DNA of 64,000 nucleotides from positions 1,324,715-1,388,714 of the forward strand of contig NW_019217795.1 of the NCBI RefSeq assembly GCF_002571385.2, in the 5' to 3' direction. The notes beneath the pieces were generated by a model. The model did no database searches and was not told the origin of the DNA. It was given only the letters and a program-made list of their open reading frames with translations. The stretch's first letter is position 1, and every line of letters begins with the position of its first letter. Of this stretch, positions 1-12,500 are shown piece by piece. This DNA is from Stylophora pistillata (taxonomy: Eukaryota). The translations under genes and the position numbers were made by a program.

Positions 1-941
1 TTCCAGAAAGTTAAGACTTGCAGGAATTCTGCTCTAAACGCTCTATTCATGACGCCGTATATGACGGGATTAATGGAACAACTGCCGAAGCCGAGATATA
101 TGTACAACATAAAAACCTCTCGTGGGATGGCGAGTTTGTGTGCTGAGAAAGAATCGACCATGTCAATAATAGCTATGGGTCCCCAACAAAGAATGAAGCC
201 CAGTACAGTTGCGAATAATGCTTTTGTTATTCTCACCTCTTCCACATTCAATCGAAGGGTCACCCCTTTTCTTGTATTGTTCATCTCCTCATTGTGATGT
301 TTGATGGTTTTAAAAATCTTGTAATATGCGAAGGTGATGATTCCAATAGGAACAGAGATGTAGATAACATCCAAATACGCCATGTAGGCCATGTCCAGCT
401 GCGGCGTATCAAAGTCCATAAAACAGATAACTTTACCGTAGTGCACGATAAATGTGGCCCATTGAGCCAACGATGAAAGCCCCGCACCAAAAGCAGCGAA
501 AAGTGTTATGGCAACCACAGAAATACAGGTTGATTTGACTTTAAAACGCTGGCGATAAAGATTAGGTTTCACCACGCGAAAATATCGGTTGACAGCTGTT
601 GCAGTCATAAGCAGCAAAGAAAATAGTGCACAGAAGAAACAAAAGAATCCTTGGAAATGACAAACAGCACTGCTGAATGGCCACTGTCCTGTTACGAGAA
701 GAACGACGGACATGGGCATACACAGGACTGCCATGAGAGCATCAGATATAGCCAGCGTCACTACATAGATGTTTGGTATGGTGCGAAGTCGTTGGTTACG
801 GTAGACAGCCCAGCAGACCAGCATGTTACCAGTGGAGGCCAGAATGTTAATACACATCATAAGAGCGCTTTCGAAGACAACCAGACTAATAGAGCGTTGT
901 TGCAGCTCTTGAGAAAGATTCGCTTGTCCTTCCGTTGCCAT
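1..941 (-). CDS. Rhodopsin-class (class A) GPCR, melatonin-receptor-like, copy 1 (3' end runs off the window)
   Basis: ATG at 941 reads MATEGQANLSQELQQRSISLVVFESALMMCINILASTGNML...; the frame stays open to the window edge and is near-identical to 5543-6483 (offset 5542). Motifs GN (TM1), LAxxD (TM2), NRY (TM3), CWxP (TM6), NPxxY (TM7). Confidence 0.9.
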   Translation of the reverse strand, partial: MATEGQANLSQELQQRSISLVVFESALMMCINILASTGNMLVCWAVYRNQRLRTIPNIYVVTLAISDALMAVLCMPMSVVLLVTGQWPFSSAVCHFQGFFCFFCALFSLLLMTATAVNRYFRVVKPNLYRQRFKVKSTCISVVAITLFAAFGAGLSSLAQWATFIVHYGKVICFMDFDTPQLDMAYMAYLDVIYISVPIGIITFAYYKIFKTIKHHNEEMNNTRKGVTLRLNVEEVRITKALFATVLGFILCWGPIAIIDMVDSFSAHKLAIPREVFMLYIYLGFGSCSINPVIYGVMNRAFRAEFLQVLTFW

Positions 942-3209
942 CTTTTCAAGAAAATTAGAACAATCTAGCAGTCGTTTAACGTGATTGTTGCGAGCATCCT
1001 ACGAGCGATGATTTACTTCGTGTCGACTTTTCAATTTTACATTTGTTACTTGTGAAGAATTCCTCGTAGTTGAGGAGTATCAGAGTGTTGTTTCTGAGGG
1101 ATTAAACCGTCATGACCACAGCGTTTAATGTGTGGACATTCGAGGATAAAATGCCAGCACCGTTTATCTGCGAAGATGAAGGTGCGAGTTTGTGCCATTA
1201 ATTTCCATTGTCAGCTTAATGGAGTAAATGAATTGTTATTCAACTCTTAAATTGTTTATGGAATCTTTCACCGAAGATTTTTAAAAGTCGTGAAACAAAT
1301 CATTTGAGAGCAAAGTAAAGTACAACTACATCCATGTCTTCTAAGTCTAAACGACTGAAAATAGCCACAAATTTCGCAGGCATAGTCGTTTATCGAACAG
1401 GTAAGAACTTTTCTCCCTAAAACGACAGCTGCCGTATAATTTCTTTCATTTTATTAGTTTTAGTTTCTATTTTTTTTTGTTCACAAGTCACAGTGTATAG
1501 AAATACAAGAAAAACATCGACTTAACGTTATAAACTCAAAGTAATCCTACAGTGGTACAAGTACATGCAAACAAACCACAACTACATTGAAAAGACTTGA
1601 AAGACAATCCATTAGGGGCAGACCAACTAGTAGAAGAATTGTCCCCGTAAACATTAAATGAAAAATTACATGTCTGGAAAATGATACTGAACAATGGTTA
1701 ACTGCTAATGCGTAGATTAACATTTGGAAAGTACTTGGGGATAGATGTCTACACTACACACTCTAGGATGTTATTGAAAGGTTACGTATTTCAATCTAGT
1801 TTGTTGTCAACAATCCCCTCTCTCAAAAAAACATCATCAACAAAAACACCAGCAGCAGCAGCAGCAAATAGAAATGAGTTTAAGTAATTATTGATCCACT
1901 CAAATGTAAGTAACGGTTGACTGGCACAAAACTCTACTTCTCGCAGCATTTACGTCAGTGTAGTAAATGACATTTTTCATGACACGTTGTAGTCAATATA
2001 ATATCTTGAAAAGTTTCTTACAATGTAATAGCTGCGAAATAGGGACCAGAAAATTTCTAGTTTTAAGCAAGCTTAATTTACGGGACAAAACAGGCTCTGC
2101 TCGGATCATAACAGTGAATACTAAGTGTTTCTATTTGGAAAATAGTGAGTTTAGAATTAACTATTGCTGGAAGCGCCGAAACTATTTAAAATGTAGATGA
2201 CATTATGTAATTCAGTGACCCCTTAAATTTTTTGTTACAAGTCTACACACTAGATTTGGCTCCTTGCCAAACTTGGTCTTATTTTAAGCAAACTGATCTC
2301 AATTAGTGGCATGCTAGATGATAACTGTGAAACGAGGAAAGGAAAACGAGTTTACTTTCCAAGATTAGATACATTAGGTTTACAGTACCGCATTTCCTTA
2401 AGCTAAATAGATAAGGGTAAATGATATAATAAAAAAGGAAAAAAAATAAACAGAAAGCAAAGATTCAATGAGCCATTCGGGCAATATAAAGCAATTATAA
2501 ATCAATCACTCCAACAGAAACATCAAAATATCCTCCTGGTCAGGTCTAACCCGTGTGGGCATTTGATTTCTTTGATGTTCCCGTGGGTGGCTGACGTCAT
2601 TGTATGATATCGGTGCTGTAGTGGTGTTGACTGATCGGCATCAAGCGCCTCGATTTCGTGTTCTGTTTGTACGACCTTATTTGAAAAAGCGATCGAAACT
2701 TTAGAGGATTTTAAAATGAAATTGCGTACCTGGGAATCAAAAGCCAGGGCAAAAGAAATGATCACCTTGACAAATGTAATACTTGAGGGGGGNNNNNNNN
2801 NNNNNNNNNNNNNNNNNNNNNNNNNNNNNNNNNNNNNNNNNNNNNNNNNNNNNNNNNNNNNNNNNNNNNNNNNNNNNNNNNNNNNNNNNNNNNNNNNNNN
2901 NNNNNNNNNNNNNNNNNNNNNNNNNNNNNNNNNNNNNNNNNNNNNNNNNNNNNNNNNNNNNNNNNNNNNNNNNNNNNNNNNNNNNNNNNNNNNNNNNNNN
3001 NNNNNNNNNNNNNNNNNNNNNNNNNNNNNNNNNNNNNNNNNNNNNNNNNNNNNNNNNNNNNNNNNNNNNNNNNNNNNNNNNNNNNNNNNNNNNNNNNNNN
3101 NNNNNNNNNNNNNNNNNNNNNNNNNNNNNNNNNNNNNNNNNNNNNNNNNNNNNNNNNNNNNNNNNNNNNNNNNNNNNNNNNNNNNNNNNNNNNNNNNNNN
3201 NNNNNNNNN

Positions 3210-3360
3210 CGGTTTTGCTTTTCATTGCGGTTTGCGGATTTTCCGTTTTTTGGCATTTGGTTTTCGGTTTCTCGTCAAAAATACTAACAGGTTTTCGGAT
3301 TTGGTTTCCGATGTGGTTTTCGGTTCTTCCTATTTAGATTTCGGTTTCTCTTCGATATGC
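3210..3360. repeat. Degenerate (C)GGTTTTC-type repeat array beside an assembly gap, probably a transposon subterminal region
   Basis: Many imperfect copies of cggtttt/ttcggttt within 150 bp next to the N-run. Confidence 0.4.
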
Positions 3361-5475
3361 GCCTTCGCTGATCGTGATGCGAGTGGAGCCAGGCGTTGAA
3401 ATACGTGAGGGAGGGGCTTCGAATTTAGGATTCAGTTATTCTGTACTAAGTGGTTTTGTTTAGGTTTATCAGGAAATCTCTTTTCGTCGGTTCTAAGATA
3501 ATGCTTTATTTCAATGTCTGTTAGGTTCCTGGAAACGCGAGTTTGCACACCTTTTCGTATATTGTGCCAAACAAATTAACAAATGATTGCAATTGGTATA
3601 AATAAAATGTTTTTATTGTTTTTTAAAGTGATTTGAGAGTGTTCGGTAATTTTAATGTGGGTGAGAGTGTTCGGTGATTTCTGAAATCTTGGTCGGTATT
3701 TCTTTGAGATATGGAAGATCGTTTCTTACAAATTTCGTCTTTGAAGAGACTTTTATTTAGTGTCGCACAAGGAATACCAAACAAATGAAATACATATATA
3801 TATATAGAGAGAAATGTTCAGATTCAAGCGAAAAACGTCGTATTTTTTTGGAGAGGACTCTTTCCTGCTGTATAATAACGGATATGGTTTTCGATCGTCC
3901 AAAGTTGAAGTGACTTTGCTATGAAAATGAGTAACTTTCATTTTCCGTCATGTTATTTTATCGCTTTCTGATGCGCCTCACTTCTCAAAAAGCTTCAATA
4001 ATCGTGTGTTAAAAGTACGCGAAAGTAATGCCTTTTTGTCATTTACAAGATCATTTCATTCGAATTGACTTCTCCTCAGCACTTTACTCTGACAATGTGT
4101 TTTCTAAGCATGCAACATCTCTTTGCACAGATTTCAGCCGGAGTTTGTTTGAATTCTAAAGAATTCCTTTAAAATTTTATACGCATGATGCTAAAGTGGT
4201 TATGGTTTAGCACGCGCTCATGGTGAAAACGTACAACTTTTTTTAAGTGAAAGTATCGCTCATTGTTCAATACAGCTCATAAAGAAGATCATTAAGTTCC
4301 TTAATTTCCTACCGTTCCCATTAAAGTAATATACCTAAACGCGCAAACGAATTGATAAAGTTACAGGAAATAAAAGGGCTCTACACCATATTTATTTAAT
4401 TTTTATTTAAATCGAACTAAAGAAAGCGTTTCTGATGCTTAATGTCAAAGGTGTCAAGACGCTTCCAGGACCAAATGATGGGTGAAGGTTTAAAACGACC
4501 GTGTTTGGCCATTTAGTGTGAATGGCTTTTAAAAAAGGAAACGTGTGCATGTCTCTCAATTTTTTTTGCGCCTCAGACTTTTACCTCTTTTCCGAAATAA
4601 ATAAATAAATAATAAATAATCAGTTTATTTAACCCTTTGGTAGTGTTAAACACTAAATTACAAGGGAGACAATAAAATTCACTCGATTCTACACAGAACA
4701 CAATACACTTGGCATAACAAGAAAAAAAACAACGAAGCGGAATTGAGAACAGAAAACTGTTTCGAACAAAGCTTGTTTTTCGCTTTTTCACCCAGTTGGA
4801 TCTCTTAAGGCTATTTCTTGACTTGAAGGCATTGAAGGAAAATTTATTTCTTAATTTGAATCGTGTACAATGTTTTGAGACGCTTGCAACGAAATCAACG
4901 TTACATTTGTATGCATTTAGTTTCACTTGGTAATTTTTTCTACGTCTAACTTCACAAGGAAATTATTTCAATTTCGTCATACACACACGAAGAAAAAAAA
5001 AACACGGAAATCCTTCCTTCAGAGTAATTCGCTTCTCCTAAGGGCATTGCTCCACATGAATCTAATCTCTACCGTGTTTAAATGTTGGCGTTAATTAAAG
5101 TTCAGGATATTGTATTTCCATAATAAACATTTACCCAGCAAATTGATTCCTTGATACGCTTACAATTCAAATTTATCGGGTGCATGACATGAAATATAGA
5201 AGTGAACGTTTCCACTAAATAAAGTAACGAGAATTTGGTATCCTTGAACGAAAATATGGATTTATGAAATTACATAAAAAGCAATTAAAATAAGTGCACG
5301 TCGTTTATTAACTCTTTTTCTGTTTTTTGGTCTAAATATGAATTTTGTTTACATGAATGGCTTTCACTCACTCTGAATTACTTCTTTTGTTTTATCGTAT
5401 TTTCGTGAAGAGTATGTTTAAGGTCGCCGGTTGGAAAATCTCGATTTTCCTCTTTGTGCCGCACATGCCATTTTT

Positions 5476-6483
5476 TCACTGCGAAGCGGACAGGGCAGTA
5501 ACAGTGAAGGCCTCACCAAGTTGAATTACCTCGTCCTTTCTTTTCCAGAAAGTTAAGACTTGCAGGAATTCTGCTCTAAACGCTCTATTCATGACGCCAT
5601 ATATGACGGGATTAATGGAACAACTGCCGAAGCCGAGATATATGTACAACATAAAAACCTCTCGTGGGATGGCGAGTTTGTGTGCTGAGAAAGAATCGAC
5701 CATGTCAATAATAGCTATGGGTCCCCAACAAAGAATGAAGCCCAGTACAGTTGCGAATAATGCTTTTGTTATTCTCACCTCTTCCACATTCAATCGAAGG
5801 GTCACCCCTTTTCTTGTATTGTTCATCTCCTCATTGTGATGTTTGATGGTTTTAAAAATCTTGTAATATGCGAAGGTGATGATTCCAATAGGAACAGAGA
5901 TGTAGATAACATCCAAATACGCCATGTAGGCCATGTCCAGCTGCGGCGTATCAAAGTCCATAAAACAGATAACTTTACCGTAGTGCACGATAAATGTGGC
6001 CCATTGAGCCAACGATGAAAGCCCCGCACCAAAAGCAGCGAAAAGTGTTATGGCAACCACAGAAATACAGGTTGATTTGACTTTAAAACGCTGGCGATAA
6101 AGATTAGGTTTCACCACGCGAAAATATCGGTTGACAGCTGTTGCAGTCATAAGCAGCAAAGAAAATAGTGCACAGAAGAAACAAAAGAATCCTTGGAAAT
6201 GACAAACAGCACTGCTGAATGGCCACTGTCCTGTTACGAGAAGAACGACGGACATGGGCATACACAGGACTGCCATGAGAGCATCAGATATAGCCAGCGT
6301 CCCTACATAGATGTTTGGTATGGTGCGAAGTCGTTGGTTACGGTAGACAGCCCAGCAGACCAGCATGTTACCAGTGAAGGCCAGAATGTTGATACACATC
6401 ATAAGAGCACTTTCGAAGACAACCAAACCAAGTGAGCGTTGTTGCAGTTCTTCGGAAAGAATTGTTTGGCCTTCATTCGCCAT
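5476..6483 (-). CDS. Rhodopsin-class (class A) GPCR, melatonin-receptor-like, copy 2 (intronless, 335 aa)
   Basis: Single ORF MANEGQTILSEELQQR...ALSASQ with 7 hydrophobic segments and motifs TGN, LAISD, AVNRY, CWGP, NPVIY. NRY in place of DRY is typical of melatonin-type receptors; the ligand cannot be inferred. Confidence 0.93.
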   Translation of the reverse strand: MANEGQTILSEELQQRSLGLVVFESALMMCINILAFTGNMLVCWAVYRNQRLRTIPNIYVGTLAISDALMAVLCMPMSVVLLVTGQWPFSSAVCHFQGFFCFFCALFSLLLMTATAVNRYFRVVKPNLYRQRFKVKSTCISVVAITLFAAFGAGLSSLAQWATFIVHYGKVICFMDFDTPQLDMAYMAYLDVIYISVPIGIITFAYYKIFKTIKHHNEEMNNTRKGVTLRLNVEEVRITKALFATVLGFILCWGPIAIIDMVDSFSAHKLAIPREVFMLYIYLGFGSCSINPVIYGVMNRAFRAEFLQVLTFWKRKDEVIQLGEAFTVTALSASQ

Positions 6484-8956
6484 TGAGAACGGAGTCAACA
6501 AAATTTGTCTCAGTCAACGAAGTAACCTGAATCTTTTAGCACCGAAAACCACGTTCAATGTGCAATCAGTTGACGTAATTTAGTTTCTCTTTAAGATATT
6601 TGGGTATACAGTACTGATGGCCAATTGCGATGTAACGCGGGCAATTCCTTAAGTGGTGTGTTATCTGTCCTTGTAAGGAAATGAAAATAAGACTATACTG
6701 ATTACAATTTTGCATGATTTCAGTTTGCATGTTATTTTTTTCCTACAAGCAGCTGCACATCTATTGAAAAAAAGAAACGTAATTCGATTGTTGATTAACA
6801 AACAGGTGATCACTTTTAAAGCAAGTGGGGACTTATGGAAACTGATAATAACTGAGTATACATTGCAAAGGCCGGTTTTTTTTTCTTCTTTAATTTTAGG
6901 TAAGCAAACGGTTCATCACTGGGGCTTGATCTTTTAAATGAACCTCGAGGAAGTTCGTGTGCTTCAAATTAGCATTTTGTTTGTTCAAAGAAATACTCGG
7001 TAAGCGTGAAGTGGTTTCATGGAAACAATTCTTTTATGTATGAAAAGAAATGTCATGATTAACCCGACTTAGGCGTAAGATTAGCAAACAGCGAAGTGAT
7101 TCTACCGGAAGAATGAATTGTATTTGTACACTGAAAACTGAACGCGTGGAAATGCTGTTTCAGTATTTTTCGACGAAACCACTTTGGAATTTACGAAAAG
7201 CGAAATTTTCATAAGAAATAATTTTTACAACAAAAACAAAAACAGGGACTCTTATTACATTATTTTATAACATAATACTTTGAACAATTGAACAACTAAA
7301 TCATGTAAATCAACTCTAATAACTTTGATAGATGGGAGAAAAAGTTAGTTTTGTGAGTCGCATTTGAGTAAAACGAGTTGGGTTAAAAACGATTTTTTTT
7401 TAAATTAAATTTTCTTCTTTTTTTCTTGATTTTTTTCTTACAGCTACCAATCGATATTGGTGTCATCCCTGGACAAAATTTCTTAAAAGAATCATACATT
7501 ATGCAATGACAAAGCTTAAATTTGTTTTCAATCTCTTTCGGCACATGAGGCGCTTTCGAAATTGCAGGTTCTAGCAACATACATGATGAGTGTCACGTAT
7601 TACTTACCACTCTAAGAGGAGAATTGATCAATCTCAGTGGTTTTATTTCTGTTAGGCGGGACGAAGGTTTTCTTGAGCACTTTTTGTAGACGTGCCTTAT
7701 CACTCTTGTAAATAACTAAAGCATAATTATTCTTTCTCTTCAAAGAGCATGGCCCAAATATCAAATAAATCATCAAAAAAATCTCATGATATCCGATCGA
7801 GTTTGTATGTACTTTCGACTGTTTTTCACTCCTTAGATAGCGCCGATCAGCGGCAGTTCGGCCCTTGTGCGCTACCTTTACCTTCTAAGCGTAAACGTAG
7901 ATTTTTAGATCTGACGTTATACAAAGAAGTCTTCACCCCAATCAATTTGTACATAACATTGACAGCTGTCATAAGGTCCAAATTAAAATTTGGACAATTT
8001 GTCGGTCTCCATTATTCATTTTCAAGGCAGCCAGAGTAGATACTTTTTTCCTTCCACACAATCTCTTAATGAACCATGGATATTAAAGGATTATTAAAAT
8101 ATAAGTGAGGTTTTCCTCTTTCTGATTGACCTTATAATTCTTGCGTTGACTATACTCGGCCGGCTCGATGGGTCGCTTCAATTTTTACTCAGTTATCCTC
8201 CTAGGTATCGTGGTTTTAATTTTTTTATGCTTCATGACACATTTTCTATCTACCAAAGAGAAGCAAAAGAGAAACTTCACGCATCATTTCGTGGTACACG
8301 TAATTATAATTACAGCATCGGAAGTTCTTCAGAACTTTAATATGCTGTTAACAGTGAACAATGACGGTCGTTAGAGAAGATTTGAAACTACCAGCTCAAC
8401 AAATTTCGTGCATTTTGCAATTAACTGCTTTAAACGCAATTAATCATAACAGATGAAGGCGAGAACGCATGGCTCACACCTTATGTTACATTTTACAGGT
8501 GTATCATCGTTAGCCTAGTGATTACAACTTTGAGTTACTTTAATTTATGTTTTGCTTGTTTGCTCACGGTTTGTTTTCTCTTTTGGTTTTGACTGACGAA
8601 TGTTCAGCGTGATTAAGTCATAAAGGCGAGTAGCCCACAACAAGAGGTGTTTATTGCCGGTTTCTTCAGCACTAATGGGCTGTATACATTTCAACACTCC
8701 TCCATTCCATTAGCAGGCAGTGCAGGGGTGATTTTGACGAGTGAGAGCCTAGCTTTTCTTGGTGAAAGATTGAGCGGCCAAATTTGATTTTTCAGCTGCG
8801 GAAAGCAGGGGAGAGAAAGAAATTTGTAACAAAAGGAAGGAAAGGAGAGGGGAGAGGGGGGCGGGGAATAAAAATCGTTGTTGTTTGGACTTTTTAAATT
8901 GATTATACATTTCATGTTGAACGTTTTTTACTCATTGCTACTCCTTCACTCTCCAG

Positions 8957-9456
8957 AGGAATTCCAGCGAGCTGTCCGTATCTCAACAGGGCAGACATTG
9001 GACCCTTACGTAGTCCACACAGTATTTCAGCTATTCGATAAAGACGGTGAGACTTTTTTAAATGTCCTTCATCCAATCAGTCCAATCCTTTCTTTCCCGT
9101 AGTGCCTTGTTATCGCCACGAGCGCTTTCTACGTATACGAACAACTCTTAAGCTATTTCATGCTCTCCAAACAAACTTCCCGCGCGAATTCAACCTCATT
9201 ATTTGCACACCATCTGAGCATGAACCAAGTGTATGAGGGTCATGTTAATTCTTTAACTCCCAAGATTTAATTCGTGATTCTCCGTACATACATTTCCCTA
9301 TTTGCCTGTAGCTGTTGTCGTAGTTACCTTTTTCTGTACAGTGTCTTGATATTGTAAGAAGTTTCTCGTAAATCACATGAGCGAATTGAAGGAATGACTA
9401 AACCAGGGTATTATATTTCCAGCCCAGTGTATTTTCTAGCCTAGAGCACAACCCAC

Positions 9457-9509
<53 letters not shown>

Positions 9510-12500
9510 TGATGATAATAATAATAATAATAATAATAACGAGGCTTGCAATTCTGACATTTGGACGCATGGTGGGAAGGCGGTAGTTCTCAGACCATGA
9601 GTTCTTTTCAAGAATAACAGTGTTCGTGGGAGAAATTTAAGTTTGCACCCCACCTCTAGAACTACCCGTCGATATACAAATGAATATTAAAGCGATTTTT
9701 GCAGTAATGAACGCTACTTGAGCAGTAGTGAAAATAAGGCCTGGGAAAAAAAAATTCAAGCCTGTACGGGATTTGAACTCATGACCTCTGCGATACCGAT
9801 GTAGTGCTCTACCAACAGAGCGAACAAGTCAACTGGGAATTGGTCGTTATGCTGGTTGAATAAATGATGGTGAATATATGAAAATCATATGTGTGAACTG
9901 CGGGTTAAGTAATGAATATCAAAGCAATTATCATCGAGAAATGTAACCTCTCTTCGCTATTTTTCAGGCGATGGTAAGTTAAGTTACAGCGAGTTCATAG
10001 AGTTGATGAAAGATCGCCTCAAACGTGGATTCATGGTAAGCTTTTTTTTTCTTGAATACAACTTTAAGAGCTTAGCCTATGGGCCCCAGGCCCTCATTTC
10101 AAGTGCGAAGGGACGTGTTCGGCAAGACAGACGATTTGAAGAGAGGTTTGCATGGGGGCTGGCACTAATAATCAGTGTTCGACCCCTTTGCAGACCACTC
10201 GCGGGTTCTTGTTGCTCAAGGTCTCTTACCATCCTTCGGGCGAAGAAACGTTCGTCCCGAAGTGATAATGATAAGGGTGTGGTCGTGCTCACGACTAACG
10301 TTAACCTTGACAGAGAAATATCGGGGACTTTAAGCAGTCAGGACGGCAACGCCACGGAAGACGTCGATGAAAAAATGAGTTTCTACTTTTAGTTAGAATT
10401 TCGAAAATGGCTGCATGTGTTTACCGTCTCATAGGGCGCCAGACCTCAAACTCAACATAACGCATAAAAGTAGGGTTGATTTCCAAATGTAAATTAAAAT
10501 AATTTGCCGCCGCGGTTTCCCTTCGCAGACGACGCAAATTTTGGTGATCTCACGTTGTTGTTTTGCCAAGGATGGCTAAGAAATGTACAAAGTTTTAAAA
10601 CGCACGTGCTGGGCTATTGTTCTGCCGATTAGATCTATTGTTTTTCCACGTTCTCGTTGCCGTAGCTGTCGTGGTTTGCTTAAAGTCCCTAATGTCAAGA
10701 GAAAACTCTTCTTGTCATAAAGATAATCTTTGGGCTATCGTGCTGCTGAAGCTTGTATCCGCCCGCTTAGGTGAATTTGAATGTACGGTGATCTTGCTGA
10801 ACTTTTTCCCCCAATTTCTTCGCTTATCTGCTTTGTCTCAATAACTTTAAATTTCGGACGTAAGGTGGTTACTTTTACATGAATGAACACATCTTATCGG
10901 AATAACCTTTAGACGCTAATGCGACTCAAAGATGAATTTCCAAGGGGTATCCATTCTTGTAGATAGTGCGAGATACTTTTTCGGACGACCTTTCACCTCT
11001 TTTAAACGAAGCCTCGAAACAAAATTAACTAGGTCTTACTTTTATGAGGTAAGCTGTCATAAGCCTGCCCTTCTTTTCTGTTAAAAAGGCCCACTCGTCT
11101 CTTGGGCTCATTTACAACAATTCCAAGAAGAGAATATAAATATATAACCGAAACTATGATGACCTAGTGTGATTGTTTTACTGTTGGCGACCGCTTTCAA
11201 GGACCATTCCTGTAGGTGAGCCGTGTCTTCATATTCAATACAGCATGATGTACGTATGATGCACGATCCTCGCAGTAGAAAGCGAGGATCGTGCGAGAAA
11301 GCGAGATCGTGCTGTTACAATGATAGAAGCGCTATCGTTGTAACAGCATGATGTGTTTCATCTTGACTGCTACTTACAAAGAGAACGTGCGAATATACTG
11401 CTTTGATGTGGAAGAAAATGAATGCAGACTCATGCCAACAGATAAAGTTTAGCTAAAGATAATCTTCAAATTTGGGATTTAGTGGACGCACTTCCTTCCC
11501 CCTCCCCTTTCCGCGAAGAAAAAAAAATACAAATTCTCGTGCAGAAGCATTTGCCAAGGGCAAAAGTGTAAATAACGTGCCGTTAAGCGAAGGATTCCGT
11601 TGACAAAATCCGACCGTTGCACATAACTTCAAATCCAAAACTCGTCAAACTTCTCTAAATTTTGTTGGTTAATTCCAGAATAAATGGTCAATTCACGGGG
11701 CGTTTAGTCACTTGAACTGCCTAAACTTGTTGGGAATGATTTGTGAATTGACAAAGGCTTCGAATCAGCGAAACACTGAAGTCTTTCAAATAACTCATTC
11801 GTTTACTTGTACTTGTGACCTCAATGAGCTTGAAGGCCCGTTCAAAATGCGCACCATCAAAGTGAGACATATAAAAAAAAAAAAAAACAACAAAGTTTAA
11901 AAAATGAAACTAGAAGAGCTTTTGTATAAATATTACTATTGGTGGGATTATTTGAAATCCATGTGTCATGTATGTACTGCTCAGTTATTCAAGGCTAACA
12001 AAGATAAGTATTCACATAGTACTTATAAAAAAAAAGCTACTCTTCCAATCGTCTTTGTGATTTTATTCAAAATCTTTCCCCAAACTTCCGGTTTTAAATA
12101 ATTCTCGATTCTTTAGCAGTTTATTTATGTAAAAGAATTCCATCTGAGATGAAGACTTGACCTATAAATATCAAGATTGAGTTCAATCTATTCGAAAAAA
12201 TAAGTTACCGATACTCTGGGACTTTGCTTTCTGATAACTTATACTACCACAGCACAAATGAAAACAATTCAATGATTCCCTTCCATTGCAAATCACAACT
12301 TTATGCCATAAATTGTGCTGAAATTGAAAATAACCTTCTCGACGTTTTTTTAAGTTTATCCAAACGTAATCTTTCTTTCACCTCTGACAAAGTCCCTCTT
12401 TGCCCCAGCTTTACCCCTCTGTCTCTGTGATCTGTTTCAGTTTTTGTTTAAGGCGTAAGGCTTTGATACTATACTTCAGTGAACCCAATCAGCTCCCAAG

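Noticed and set aside
2716-3399. Long ORFs spanning N-runs (also plus-strand ORFs at 46701-48262 and 48992-49531)
   Set aside because: Their length is an artefact of translating through gaps.
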